From Octopus vulgaris (Eukaryota): a DNA stretch of 64,000 nucleotides. A model generated the notes under the pieces. That model made no database searches, had not been told where the DNA came from, and saw only the letters and a list, made by a program, of their open reading frames with translations. The translations under genes and the position numbers were made by a program. Below are positions 1 to 13,728 of this stretch, one piece after another. The stretch covers positions 13,268,001 through 13,332,000 of the forward strand of contig OX597836.1 of assembly GCA_951406725.2 (NCBI GenBank). The letters are read 5' to 3'. The first letter of the stretch is position 1. Each line of letters begins with the position of its first letter.

Positions 1-49
1 ATATATATATATATATTTATTTATCTATTAATATGTAAATGTTTTAAAG

Positions 50-235
50 CTTGTTGACATTGAGGACAATATCCACACGGGTACCGCTGAGGTCTTGGAC
101 ATGTTAGTGAACGTCACCGAAGATACAGCCAACACAACTCTTAGCACCGGAGATGTTATCACTGGAGTGACTGCTTTGGACAAAATAGCAGCAATCCAGG
201 AGGATGTGAAAGTTGTGGAGGAGGACCAAATCAAA
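50..235 (+). CDS. aGPCR exon 1 (GAIN subdomain A)
   Basis: ttttaaag|...|gtaagt; LVDIEDNIHTGTAEVLDMLVNVTEDTANTTLSTGDVITGVTALDKIAAIQEDVKVVEEDQIK; phase 0-0. Confidence 0.88.
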
Positions 236-307
236 GTAAGTCAACTCTAAAGAATCCCTCTTGTGTTGTCTTTTGATTTCTTTTGATAACGAGTTAGCGA
301 AGATGTA

Positions 308-383
<76 letters not shown>

Positions 384-595
384 TCCCCTTTCTCACTTAA
401 AAAAAAAAATTTTTCCCTTACAATTCTTGAAAAGTCACATTATGACGAAAACTGGTTTGAATTAATATATATTTATATATTTTATCAATTTCTCATTTCA
501 TTAAAATTTTCTTTCAATTTAGCATTCTGCATTTTTACAATTTTTCCTTGCTTATCATTTCTCAACGTGCGGTCAACACAACCCCACCATTTATT

Positions 596-687
<92 letters not shown>

Positions 688-853
688 TGTATGTATGTAT
701 GTATGTATGTATAGGCGTAGGAGTGGCTGTGTGGTAAGTAGCTTGCTTACTAACCACATGGTTCCGGGTTCAGTCTCACTGCGTGGCACGTTGGGCAAGT
801 GCATTCTACTATTGTGAGCGGACTTGGTAGACGGAAACTGGAAGACGCCCGTC

Positions 854-926
<73 letters not shown>

Positions 927-1044
927 TGTCTTTGTTTGTTCCCCTCAACATCGCTTGACAGCCCTGTCCGAGATTCGAACTCACAACCTCAGGATTGTAA
1001 GCTTGACGCTCTGACCACTGATCCATGCACCCACACACACATAC

Positions 1045-1206
<162 letters not shown>

Positions 1207-2127
1207 TCACACATACACACACTAACTAAAACGCTTTTATAAGCGTCGAAATGTCTATTGAACGATAGAGATTAGATGATATTTTTTCGAATGCAGAATT
1301 GCCGTTAGAACGGCAGAAATGTTGGATAAATTACACTTACATTTGTCCAACATTTGGACTCGAACCCATATTTCTCGAAGACTTCGGCTGAATGTCTTAC
1401 CATTAAGATAAACTGCCCGCTGACAAATTTATCCGCGATTTTATGCGATAAATTGCTCAATGTATAATTACGTGTGTAAAAATAAACAAACTAACATCTG
1501 ATTTTATAAGCGTCGAAATGTATAGTGAACGATACTGTGTGGCGGAAGCACTCCGTCGGTTACGACAACGAGGGTTCCGGTTGATCCGATCAACGGAACA
1601 GCCTGCTCGTGAAATTAACGTGTAAGTGGCTGAGCACTCCACAGACACGTGCACCCTTAACGTAGTTCTCGGGGATATTCAGCGTGACACAGAGAGTGAC
1701 AAGGCCGGCCCTTTGAAATACAGGTACAACAGAAACAGGAAGTAAGAGTGAGAGAAAGTTGTGGTGAAAGAGTACAGCAGGGATCACCACCATCCCTGCC
1801 GGAGCCTCGTGGAGCTTTAGGTGTTTTCGCTCAATAAACACTCACAACGCCCGGTCTGGGAATCGAAACCGCGATCCTACGACCGCGAGTCCGCTGCCCT
1901 AACCACTGGGCCATTGCGCCTCCACTTAACGATACTGTAGGTTTATTGAGAATATGCATCAGCATTTGCTCAAAAAACAATCAAGCAAAATCTCGATACA
2001 CGCAACTAAGCCACATTTATTTGCCACAGACGACTTCAAGAATCTCTAACAAACTACACATAATTTTTTCTTCCATTTTTTTCTTTACTTGTGTTTCATA
2101 TCTTGATTCTATTTATTTCTTTTCCAG

Positions 2128-2199
2128 CAATTTTTCGAAGCTGCAGACAATATTTTGGCCCCTAAACGGAAACAAAACTGGGAGACTATGAACAAAAAG
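2128..2199 (+). CDS. aGPCR exon 2 (GAIN)
   Basis: cttttccag|...|gtagct; QFFEAADNILAPKRKQNWETMNKK; phase 0-0. Confidence 0.9.
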
Positions 2200-2303
2200 G
2201 TAGCTATCATTTCTTCTTCTTCTTCTTCTTCTTCTTCTTCTTCTTCTTCTTCTTCTTCTTCTTCTTCTTCTTCTTCTTCTTCTTCTTCTTCTTCTTCGTC
2301 TTC

Positions 2304-2347
<44 letters not shown>

Positions 2348-2565
2348 TTCCACAGGAGGCACAAGGCCTGAAATTTGGAGGAGGGGGGGACAATCGATAT
2401 TACATCGACCCCAGTGTTTCACTGGTACTTAATTTATCGACCCCGAAAGGATGAAAGGCAAAGTCGACCTCGGCGGAATTTGAACTCAGAGCGTAGCGGC
2501 AGACGAAATACCGCTAAGAATTTCGCCCGGCGTGCTAACGATTCTGCCATCTCACCACCACCACC

Positions 2566-2652
<87 letters not shown>

Positions 2653-2681
2653 TCTTCTTTCTCTTCTTTTTTTTTCCTCAG

Positions 2682-2790
2682 AAAGAGACTTCAGCGACAT
2701 CATTATTGAAGACTTTGGAGAATTTTGGAGAAAACGTGGCTACAAAGATTGAAAATGCTACGGAAGCAACCATTATGACAGAAAACCTTG
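2682..2790 (+). CDS. aGPCR exon 3 (GAIN)
   Basis: tttcctcag|...|gtatga; KETSATSLLKTLENFGENVATKIENATEATIMTENL; phase 0-1. Confidence 0.92.
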
Positions 2791-3375
2791 GTATGACATC
2801 GCTATTGAGTTTTAAAGACTTTTTTCTTCCCCATCTCAATTAACAATGGCGGCTACATATTTGTTCTAAATACGTTCCGGCGGATCCGAACGTGAATACG
2901 TTGATCACTGTTGTGTTTCGTCGCAGGAGAACAACTCCTTTACGATGAACGTGAGTTCATAACACTTAATTCATTAATGCAAGGGACTCTGGAATAGCCG
3001 CTGTTTCGACTTCACTGTGTTTCATGAGCCAGAGGCATTCCCGGATAAATGAATCTACCCAGGAGTCGAAACACCTGTTTCTAACTTCAGTGAAATAAAA
3101 CTGTTTTATGACTCCTGCTGATGTCTGCCAACCAACCATAAATTGTCGTATCAACAGTGAAGAGCAACAATCAAACCAATGACTTGCATATTTATTTATA
3201 ATGCATTCAAATCTGAAAAGTATTAAAAATGATTATGCAAGCCATTGTTGTGGTTCATGCTGTTCGCCGTCTATATGACGATTTAACTTCTAATAACATT
3301 AGTTTAAAATCGATTAAATCGACCCCAGTGCTCAACTGGTGCTTATTTTATCGACTCCAAAGGATGAATTAGATA

Positions 3376-3458
3376 TATTGGGTTGTCTGGAAAGTTCGTG
3401 CCGATTTATAGTAGCTTACCTTTCGACCTATTTTAGAACATGGTTGAGTCCATAAAAT
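3376..3458 (+). mobile_element. Orphan 5' end of the same mariner
   Basis: About 82 bp reverse complement of about 4181-4263. Confidence 0.85.
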
Positions 3459-3695
3459 ATTGCTGTTTAACTCCAGTGATCCCTACCTATGAACCAACCT
3501 GTATTGTATTTAGACACATTACCCAATGTGTCAATTTGTAAGGACGGTAATATGAGATTCAGTTGCTATTTCCAGCAGATCGAGCTTCCTATGTAATATT
3601 ATACATGCAAATCATGGTGTGATTCATGCTGTTCGCCGTGTGTATTACAATTTGTCATTTAGTACAATGAGTGTGTGCGTATATGTACGTGTATC

Positions 3696-4257
3696 TATTG
3701 GGTTGTCCGGAAAGTTTGTGCCAATTTTTAAAGGAAAGAAAAAGGTCGATAAATACTCGCCATTACATTTTTAATCAACCAAATATGAACCATTTTGTTG
3801 CACAACGCGCCTCCATCTTTCCTTTAACTTGAAAATACTCTCTTCCCAGAATTGAGGGGGTTTCATGGCAAAGACTTCATCAAGGTATCTTTTTACGTCA
3901 TCCAACGAATTGAAATTTTTACCATTAAGACTATTCTGCAGAGACCTGAATAATTGGAAATCCGAAGGAGCAATATCTGGTGAATATGGAGGGTGGGGTA
4001 ACACATCCCAGCCAAGCTGCAGCAATTTTTGCCTGGTTCCCAAAGTATCAAGTACCGAAAATGAACTTTCTCATCTTCCATTTTAAAGGTTTACAGAATT
4101 AACATAGGTTATAGGAACATAACCTTCTTCCATGAAAAGATAGCTTAAACTGTGTTCTAAATGGAGGTGTAGTAAAATCCTATTTTATGGGCTCAACCAT
4201 GTTCTAAAATAAGTCGAAAGGTAAGCTACTATAAATCGGCACGAACTTTCCGGACAA

Positions 4258-4263
<6 letters not shown>
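3696..4263 (-). mobile_element. Internally deleted mariner transposon
   Basis: TIRs tattgggttgtccggaaagtt; transposase N-term MEDEKVHFRYLILWE fused out of frame to C-term LGWDVLPHPPYSPDIAPSDFQLFRSL (YSPDLAP motif). Confidence 0.93.
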
Positions 4264-4326
<63 letters not shown>

Positions 4327-4528
4327 ATGAATATGGTTCTTAAGTTAGATGCACCAGAACTTTGTATGGTGTTATCCATATAAATCCATGGGGTGGTTAT
4401 AATCAAAATAAGCAACAAGAATAAATTCGGTAATTTGGTACGATCGTTTCGCGCTACATCATTTTATTAAATGTTGTAAGTATTACAATTGATATGAAAA
4501 TTATGTATTAATGGAAAACCTCTATTAA

Positions 4529-4612
4529 TGGCTGATGAGTGCTCAGCATTTTAAAACTGTTGTAATACTTACAACATTTAATAAAATGATGTAGTGTGAA
4601 ACGATCGTACCA
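4529..4612 (+). ncRNA. Type-I hammerhead ribozyme motif, canonical core, long stem II
   Basis: TGG-CTGATGA-[stem II 4539-4597 with CATTTTA/TAAAATG and TGTTGTAA/TTACAACA]-GAAAC-GATC-GTA-CCA; stem I TGG/CCA; palindromic stem III ACGATCGT. Confidence 0.78.
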
Positions 4613-4639
4613 AATTACCGAAGTTATTCTTGTTGCTTA

Positions 4640-4678
<39 letters not shown>

Positions 4679-4834
4679 CAGAGATGTACAGCATTATATA
4701 TCCATCACACCTGGTCTGTTTTTCTCTCTCTATATATGTAGATCGTTATTTGCACATATAGATAGATAGGTAGATAGATAGACAAGTAGGTAGATAGGTA
4801 GATAGATAGGTAGATAGATAGGTAGATAGATAAG

Positions 4835-4876
<42 letters not shown>

Positions 4877-5082
4877 TGTTTCTTTATTAGCCACACAGGG
4901 CTGCACACAGATAGAACAAATTACAAGGTAGAGCTTTTCTTTTGAAGGTTTAAAAAAAAAAAAAAAAGGAAGGGGGAGTTTCGATCAAAAGGGATCGTAA
5001 AAGGAGAGAAAGAGGGCAAAAAAAGGGGGGTTAAAAAAAAAAAAAAAAAAAGGGGAGAGGAAAAAAAAAAAAGATAGATAAG

Positions 5083-5113
<31 letters not shown>

Positions 5114-5224
5114 GTAGATAGATAGATAGATAGATAGATAGGTAGATAGGTAGATAGGTAGATAGATAAGTAGATAGATTGATAGATAGATAGGTGGATA
5201 GATAGGTAGATAGATTGATGGATG

Positions 5225-5273
<49 letters not shown>

Positions 5274-5276
5274 GTG

Positions 5277-5309
<33 letters not shown>

Positions 5310-5326
5310 GTAGATAGATAGGTAGC

Positions 5327-5391
<65 letters not shown>

Positions 5392-5786
5392 TTTAGTTGC
5401 TTGGATGTAAAGTGGGAAAGGTTTGGTTGCTATTTTTAGTAACCCGAAACGCGTAGCTTACAAGCTTTCGGAGAAGGTAACAAACATATCGTCTGGTTTT
5501 TACGTAATCCAATCTTTATGCTCTTGCTGCTCATTGTTTCTTTTTACTATTTCACTATCAGGTGACACGAAAACTTTCGAGGTGTGGTCGGTAAATACAA
5601 GTAATATGTCTCCTCAAAGCAGTAATCTAATGCACTTTCATTGGTCGTCATTACTTCAGGCCGTTTAGCGTTACGCATTAAACGTGAAAGCTTTGCCTTT
5701 GATTATCAACGTTATCTAATAGGCTTCAGTGTGCATTGTATGTATGTATGTATGTATGTATGTATGTATGTATGTATGTATGTATG

Positions 5787-5825
<39 letters not shown>

Positions 5826-6322
5826 TACAAAATTAGAGAATGGAGAAACATACTTAAATCAATAAATCAATAAATGCCTCATTTATACCTGCCTTTATGG
5901 CTTATAGGTTAAATGAGGTATGACTGCCCTCACTGCCGAAACAGCTGTCAGTTTTGATTTAATTACATATTATATTTGAAATTTTTTACTTATATCTCTT
6001 TATCTTTTTACTATTACTGTATATCTTATTTTGTATAATGCCTTTACTCATATGTAATGGTGTATTAAAGTATTGATTGGGTATCATCGGATAGTTGATG
6101 TTTTATTGATTTAAGTATGTTTCTCCATTCTCTAATTTTGTAGTATTAATTTACGGTAATATTATTACCTTTACCCATATAATACAATAGATGAACTGAT
6201 TGTTTGACAATTTTTAACATCTATGTATTAGTCTTGTTGGGTACCTATCTGGCAGTATATTGGATATATATTATCCCATGGTGGGTTGAATTTTCAACCC
6301 CTATCTCATTTTATAACCTATA

Positions 6323-6363
<41 letters not shown>

Positions 6364-6441
6364 GTATGAATGTATGTATGCATGCATGTATATATATATA
6401 TATATATATATATGCATGTGTGCGTACACGTATATATATGC

Positions 6442-6530
<89 letters not shown>

Positions 6531-6535
6531 TGTAC

Positions 6536-6586
<51 letters not shown>

Positions 6587-6839
6587 CATACATGCATATA
6601 TATATATGTGTGTGTGCGCGTGTGTATTTATATACACAACAACATACATACACACATACACACACATACGCACACGCATATATATGTATAAGTGTATGTA
6701 TATTAAATTAATACACACACACACACACACATATATATATATGATTATTAATTTAATATATAAATTACTTATTTCCATGCTGACTACCTGATAATTACCA
6801 TTAATGTGATTTTTATCTTTATTTAATGAATATAAGTGC

Positions 6840-6899
<60 letters not shown>

Positions 6900-6959
6900 A
6901 AAGGATCCAGACCGCTCCCATGCTATCATATCCGGAATTGATAAACTAATATTATGACA

Positions 6960-7731
6960 TACCGTAAATCCTCGAGTATAATCCGCATTTTTTCCCCAAA
7001 ATTTAAAGGCCAAAATCCCTAGTGCGTACTATATACGAGGTTAAAAATGAAAAATATTTTCTAAGCAATGTCCGAGTCTCTATTTACTGTCCGGCAATGT
7101 TTATTCAAACGCATTTTGTGATGTTAGGCGCGAAAATAGCTTAAGCTAAGCCTGAAAGCAATGAAGTCATAAAGGGATCATCCATAACTTGCAATAAGCA
7201 ACATTTATTAAACATTATTATTGTTAATTTTTATTATCTACAAACAAAATGCACAAAAAAGCTACACGTTTGCATTATGTTATATATACACTAATAATAA
7301 AGGACGTTACCGTATACAGTTATACAAACAAAGGACGTTATATAGACCTCCTTCACTCAAGTTAGACGGGGAGCTGGCAGAAACGTTAGCACGCCGGGCG
7401 AAATGCTTAGCGGTATCTCGTCTGCGTTACGTTGTGAGCTCAAATTCCGCCGAGGTCGACTTTGCCTTTCATCCTTTCGGGGTCGATAAATTAAGTACTA
7501 GTTACGCACTGGAGTCGATGTAATCGACTTAATACCCATGTCTGTCCTTTTTGTCCCCTCTGTGTTTAGCCCCTTGTGGGTAATAAAGAAATAGTTATAT
7601 AGACCTCCTTGATCCAAGTTAGAGAAGGGGTGCGTATTATACACATGGTTTAGGTTTTTCAGAGGTACAGCTCCCAAAAAATCCCCTATGTATTATACTC
7701 AAGGACGGACTATACTCGAGGATTTATTGTA
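6960..7731. mobile_element. Tc1/mariner-superfamily MITE with a nested SINE
   Basis: TIR taccgtaaatcctcgagtata / tatactcgaggatttattgta; SINE at about 7366-7593 flanked by duplicated gttatatagacctcctt. Confidence 0.7.
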
Positions 7732-8331
7732 TGTAAATCCAAAAAGTGGAACAAGAATGCTACAGACGACAATAAAACATCCGGATAGATAGACGATGCG
7801 AAGACGGACAGGAAATAACAAGGGCTGTGATTCGCAGCCTTCCCTCGCCAGTCAAGTTTCAAATTATCCTAACAGTTTCGGGAAGTAACACTTGAGACTG
7901 TACAAATCTGGCTGTCCCTCGTCGCCCCCAAATCTAAGCTAAGAGCATTAAATTTTTAGAGAGAAAGCAAGCGAATGTGTACGACAACAAATAAATAAAA
8001 ACAGAGAACATGCTACACAGTTACAAATAGAAACAAGAAAATAACAACAGGTGGCTTTCGCCTAATAAAGACGCATCAAATCGAACTGGTGTGTATAGAG
8101 GGAAAGCCTTGAGGCAGGAACATAGGAGATGAACAACAACAACAAAAAAAATGTAAGTTTTGGGGTCAGTTTTTCAAACTCGACCTTTCAATGCGGTGCT
8201 CCAGCATAGTCGCAGTCCAGTTACTGAAACATGTAAAAAAAAAAAAAAAGAAAGCGTAATACAAACAAATAAAATTGCTATTGCTGATCTCTCTCTCTCT
8301 CTCTCTCTTTATCTTTTTTTCTCTCTCTTAG

Positions 8332-8463
8332 CGGTGGTTGTGCAGAAAATTGAAAAGGAGAAAGACATAGTCTTCCCAGGGGAAAACAAGAAACTTGAGA
8401 ATTGGGTAAAAGAAGCGAAAACAACAGCAACGTTACCAAAGGCGTTACTGAAAAAGACTTTAG
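8332..8463 (+). CDS. aGPCR exon 4 (GAIN)
   Basis: ctctcttag|...|gtttgt; AVVVQKIEKEKDIVFPGENKKLENWVKEAKTTATLPKALLKKTL; phase 1-1. Confidence 0.92.
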
Positions 8464-9730
8464 GTTTGTATTATCATAATCAGAAACATCATTAGCCACT
8501 GCATTATCATTGCATGCTTTCTCTATTCTATAAACCACAGCTCTACTTTCACTATGCTATTGAGCACTGCTCACTTTACTTTGGTTTTTATGCTATGCTT
8601 CATAATGGCTTTCTATGCTCTTCTGTTGCAGTGGCTTTCAACCGGGGTTCACATGACTTTTAGGGGTCCATATAAGACTTAGTTATCAGGGCGGCGAGCT
8701 GGAAGAATAGTTAGCACGTCGGATGAAATGCTTAGCGGTATCTCGTCTGCCGTTACGTTCTGAGTTCAAATTCCGCCGAGGTCGACTTTGCCTTTCATCC
8801 TTTTGGGGGTCGATAAATTAAGTACCAGTTACGCACTGGGGTCGATGTAATCGACTTAATCCGTTTGTCTGTCCTTGTTTGTCCCCTCTGTGTTTAGCCT
8901 CTTGTGGGTAGTAAAGAAATAGGTATTTCGTCTGCTGTTACGTTCCCTGCTCAAATTCCGCCGAAGTCACCTTCTCCTTTCATCCTTCAAGGGCGGAGGG
9001 GGGGGTCGATTAAATAAGTACCAGTTACGCACTGGGGTCGATGTAATCGACTTAATCCCTTTGTTCTCCCTCCCCCCCCCTCTATGTTTAGTCCCCTGTG
9101 GGGACTGGTGTGTTTACGTCCCCGTAACTTAGCAGTTCGGCAAAAGAGTCCAAAAGAGACCGATAGAATAAGTGCCAGGCCAACGAAGAATAAGTCATGG
9201 GGCTGATTTGCTCGACTAAAGGCGGTGCTCCAGCATGGCCACAGTCAAATGACTGAAACAAGTAAAAGAGCAAAGGAGGTGTTTTCTTTTTGTTCCGGTC
9301 GTTTTTAATAGCTTTTTGTGTTAGTTTTCCTTCATATTTAACCAAATATTTATGCATTATGACAACGGATAATTTCAAACTAGTTTTCTACTTATATAAA
9401 GACCCCCTCCTTTCCTTTTGTTCTCTATACGTGGTTACTATATTCTTTCCCTGTCAATTTTTGGGATGGGTGGTTCTAAATAGTCATTGTATATGTCTAG
9501 TCTTGCGCATTCCTTCGGCGTCTTCTTGAGAATGTTATAACTGTAGCATATTATTAGACCCTACCCGAAAATTTCAGGTGGTGTGGCTGTCTGCTAAGAA
9601 GTTTGCTTGCCAGCCACATGGTTTCGAGTTCAGTTCCAGAGCATTGCACTTTGGGCAAGTGTCTTCTACTATAGCCCCGGGCCAACCAAAGCCTTGTAAG
9701 ACAGAAACAGAAAGAAGAAAGGAGTCTGTC

Positions 9731-9799
<69 letters not shown>

Positions 9800-9804
9800 C
9801 ATAC

Positions 9805-9867
<63 letters not shown>

Positions 9868-10011
9868 TATATAGGCGCAGGAGTGGCTGTGTGGTTCCGG
9901 GTTCAGTCCCACTGCGTGGCACCTTGGCCAAGTGTTTTCTACTATAGCCTCGGGCCGACCAAATCCTTGTGAGTGGATTTGGTTGACGGAAACTGAAAGA
10001 AGCCCGTCGTA

Positions 10012-10075
<64 letters not shown>

Positions 10076-10310
10076 TGTGTGTGTTTGTGTGAGTGTGTTT
10101 GTCGCCCTAGCATTGCTTGACAACCGATGCTGGTGTGTTTATGTCCCCGTTACTTAGCGGTTCGGCAAAAGAGACCGATAGAATAAGTACTGGGCTTCCA
10201 AAAGAATAAGTCCCGGGGTCGAGTTCCTCGATTAAAGGCGGTGGTCAAGCATGGCCGCAGTCAAATGACTGAAACAAGTAAAAGAGTAAAAGAGTATATA
10301 TATATATATG

Positions 10311-10497
<187 letters not shown>

Positions 10498-10589
10498 ATA
10501 TATATATGTATATATATATATATACATATATATATATACACATGTACTGTTGTTGATTTTTTTCTCCTTCTCTAGACTTTCCGCATTCT

Positions 10590-10650
10590 TTTCTGACGAA
10601 GAGCTATGCCCGAAACGTCAAAAACTCTTCTCTTTTTACCGAGCGTCAAA
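10590..10650 (+). ncRNA. Hammerhead-like motif (family shared with 18552, 18770 and 43162)
   Basis: CTGACGA-AGAGCTATGCCC-GAAACGT...GCGTC-AAA; GUC triplet; stem I only TTT/AAA. Confidence 0.5.
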
Positions 10651-11063
10651 CTAATACTATGTGCACGTCCTATTGTTTGTTGTTGTTATTTTTAAAGTTC
10701 TAATTTTAGATTTATATATATATATATATATATAATTATAATATTAGGGAATATTATTCCAAACTTACAGAGAAAAATTCAATTTAGAAATACTAAATCA
10801 AATTTCACAAAATATAATATATATATATAAATTAGAAAAAAACTATACTAAATATATACGTTTTATTTATTATTTTGCACATTACTTAATCATTGGTGTA
10901 TGTTTTTATATTTTATTTAATTTTTTCTATAGGATGTAATTTTTTTCTATATGGTATAATTTTTTCATTGTTGAATTGATAAAAGGTGGGTTTTTCCGTG
11001 TTAATTGTTAACAAGGTAAAAATACACTCATCTATTTATATATATATATATATATGTACACGT

Positions 11064-11105
<42 letters not shown>

Positions 11106-11118
11106 ACTCACACACACA

Positions 11119-11199
<81 letters not shown>

Positions 11200-11389
11200 C
11201 GATTCTGGTAGGATAAAAAGCAAAGATGACTTCGATGGTATTCGAACTCAGAATACAAAGGGATGTCACTGAACACCACAGGCAATTTGTCTGTCACTGG
11301 ACTGTTTTCTGTCTTACGGGAGCCAATCTCTCTTAACTTTAAAATGTTCCTACCTTATTGTTGTTCATAATTTTTGTATTTTTGTTTAG

Positions 11390-11462
11390 ACGATGGAAAC
11401 TCCGTGGGTGTTTCAGTTATGCTGTTTAGAAATATAAATAATCTCATGCCAAACAGCAGTAG
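11390..11462 (+). CDS. aGPCR exon 5 (GAIN)
   Basis: ttgtttag|...|gtacgt; DDGNSVGVSVMLFRNINNLMPNSS; phase 1-2. Confidence 0.9.
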
Positions 11463-11820
11463 GTACGTTACTCATGTTTTATTACCCCTTTTTTGTTACC
11501 CCTTTTTGTTAGCCCTGTTTTATTCCTATCTCTCAGAATATGAAAGCAAACATAGACACATATATTAATACATATAAAGAGTCCTCTGTTTGAAATATTC
11601 AGTATTCCCTGTGGCGTAACTAGAGTGTGTGCCGCCAGGGACAGCCTTTGAGTTTTCCACCCTTCTGCGGGCCTATGCAGGTTTATCTTGCAGACCCTCA
11701 TAAAAGCACCACCCGGGGTGGACTGCTCCCGTCAGCCCCGCCTCTTGCTATTCTACTGACGCTTCTCACTGATTAGTCAACAGACCGGACAACTCCATGG
11801 GACTATAATGTATTAGAACC

Positions 11821-12213
11821 GAGTATTCCACATACAGTTTTACTCTTTGACTCAGTAATTCTCAGATGTAATGAGTGTAACAAAGTGCGTGACATTGTGT
11901 GACACTGTGTGACACTGGCGTGACCTAAATGTGTGACACAGGTGTGTGACACAGAGTATTCCACATACAGTTTTACTCTTTGACTCAGTAATTCTCAGAC
12001 ATAATGATTGTAACAAAGTACGTGACATTGTGTGACACTGTGTGACACTGGCGTGACATAGATGTGTGACACAGGTATGTGACACAGAGTATTCCACATA
12101 CAGTTTTACTCTTTGATTCAGTAATTCTCAGACATAATGAGTGTAACAAAGTGCGTGACATTGTGTGACACTGTGTGACACTGGCGTGATATAGATGTGT
12201 GACACAGGTGTGA
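11821..12213. repeat. Minisatellite, 3 x 133 bp, with internal gtgaca subrepeats
   Basis: gagtattccacatacag recurs at 11821, 11954 and 12087. Confidence 0.95.
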
Positions 12214-12372
12214 CTAGGCACCTACTGTTCATGTTGTGTAGTACAAGACTGATCCGTTTCAATTACTGGTGTTATTCATTCGACGATTTTCCCACAACAG
12301 TTGCACCTATAAACACAATACAAAAACCTGATGAGATACGACCAAACCACAAAACAGTATAACGATAAACAA

Positions 12373-12970
12373 GGCGGCGAGCTGGCAGAAACGTTAGCAC
12401 GCCGGGCGAAATGCTTTGCGGTATTTCGTCTGCCGTTACGTTCTGAGTTCAAATTCCGCCGAGGTCGACTTTGCCTTTCATCCTTTCGGGGTCGATAAAT
12501 TAAGTACCAGTTACGCACTGGGGACGATGTAATCGACTTAATACCTATGTCTGTCCTTGTTTGTCCCCTCTGTGTTTAGCCCCTTGTGGGTAATAAAGAA
12601 ATAGGTATTTCGTCTGCCGCTACGTTCTGAGTTCAAATTCCGCCGAGGTCGACTTTGCCTTTCATCCTTTCGGGGTCGATAAATAAAGTACCAGTTACGC
12701 ACTGGGGTCGATGTAATCGACTTAATACCTATGTCTGTCCATGTTTGTCTCCTCTATGTTTGGCCCCTTGTGGGTAGTAGAGAAATAGGTATTTCGTCTG
12801 CGTTACGTTGTGAGTTCAAATTCCGCCGAGGTCGACTTAGCCTTTCATCCTTTCGGGGTCGATAAATTAAGTACCAGTTACGCACTGGGGTCGATGTAAT
12901 CGACTTAATACCTATGTCTGTCCTTGTTTGTCCCCTCTGTGTTTAGCCCCTTGTGGGTAATAAAGAAATA
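12373..12970 (+). mobile_element. SINE family B (MetaSINE-like core), three-unit tandem array, period 184 bp
   Basis: Core gtcgactttgcctttcatcctttcggggtcgataaattaagtacc; units restart at 12421, 12605 and 12789; near-identical TSD agtata(a)acgataaac. Confidence 0.88.
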
Positions 12971-13236
12971 AGTATAAACGATAAACCTTGTTGCAGAACA
13001 CAGCGTAAAAGCATACAGCAAAACACATTGTCGTTTACTGAGAAATCGCAAACCCAGGGCAGAGTGCAAAACACACCGCAACATTGATAATTATCAGGAA
13101 AAAAAAAACGGGTAAAAGAAGAAAATAGGCCCCCAGAAAAATATACAGAAAAAACGAACGAACTGTAAGATCAGATGTTAGCAAACATAGACTTTACATT
13201 ATGTATTTATTTTGTGTTTCTGTTTCGTTTCTCCAG

Positions 13237-13360
13237 CAATGATACTTCGGAGAGTAAGCAAAAGTCGTTGAATTCTATGATTTTGTCAATAAAAGTCGGT
13301 AAAAAGAAGCTGACTCAGTTAGAAGAACCAGTGATGCTGGGATTTCAGCACTCAACCGAG
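13237..13360 (+). CDS. aGPCR exon 6 (GAIN)
   Basis: ttctccag|...|gtaagg; SNDTSESKQKSLNSMILSIKVGKKKLTQLEEPVMLGFQHSTE; phase 2-0. Confidence 0.93.
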
Positions 13361-13475
13361 GTAAGGACCTGATCGATTTAGAAAAAATATAGGATTCTTG
13401 CTTTTAATGAAAGTATTTTGATGGTCTTTGTTTAATGCTTAGCAACTCATTGTGAGGTAATTCACTTCTACACAC

Positions 13476-13540
<65 letters not shown>

Positions 13541-13728
13541 TACACACATACGCAGGAGTGGCTGTGTGGTAAGTAGCTTGCTAACCAACCACATGGTTCC
13601 GGGTTCAGTCCCACTGCGTGGCATCTTGGGCAAGTGTCTTCTGCTATAGCCCCGGGCCGACCAATGCCTTGTGAGTGGATTTGGTAGACGGAAACTGAAA
13701 GAAGTCTGTCGTATATATGTATATATAT

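Noticed and set aside
3000-3085. gtttcgact/agtcgaaac inverted motif with GAAAC-ACCT-GTT
   Set aside because: No CUGANGA core upstream; too degenerate to call a hammerhead
5562-5590. Possible extra GPCR exon (ctatcag|gtgacacg...tcg|gtaaat)
   Set aside because: Its 29 nt would shift the frame between exons 3 and 4, which already join as normal GAIN sequence
12276-12518. Recurrent peptides such as RKDERQSRPRRNLNSER and [18 protein letters not shown] in many ORFs
   Set aside because: They are translations of SINE families A and B, not a protein family
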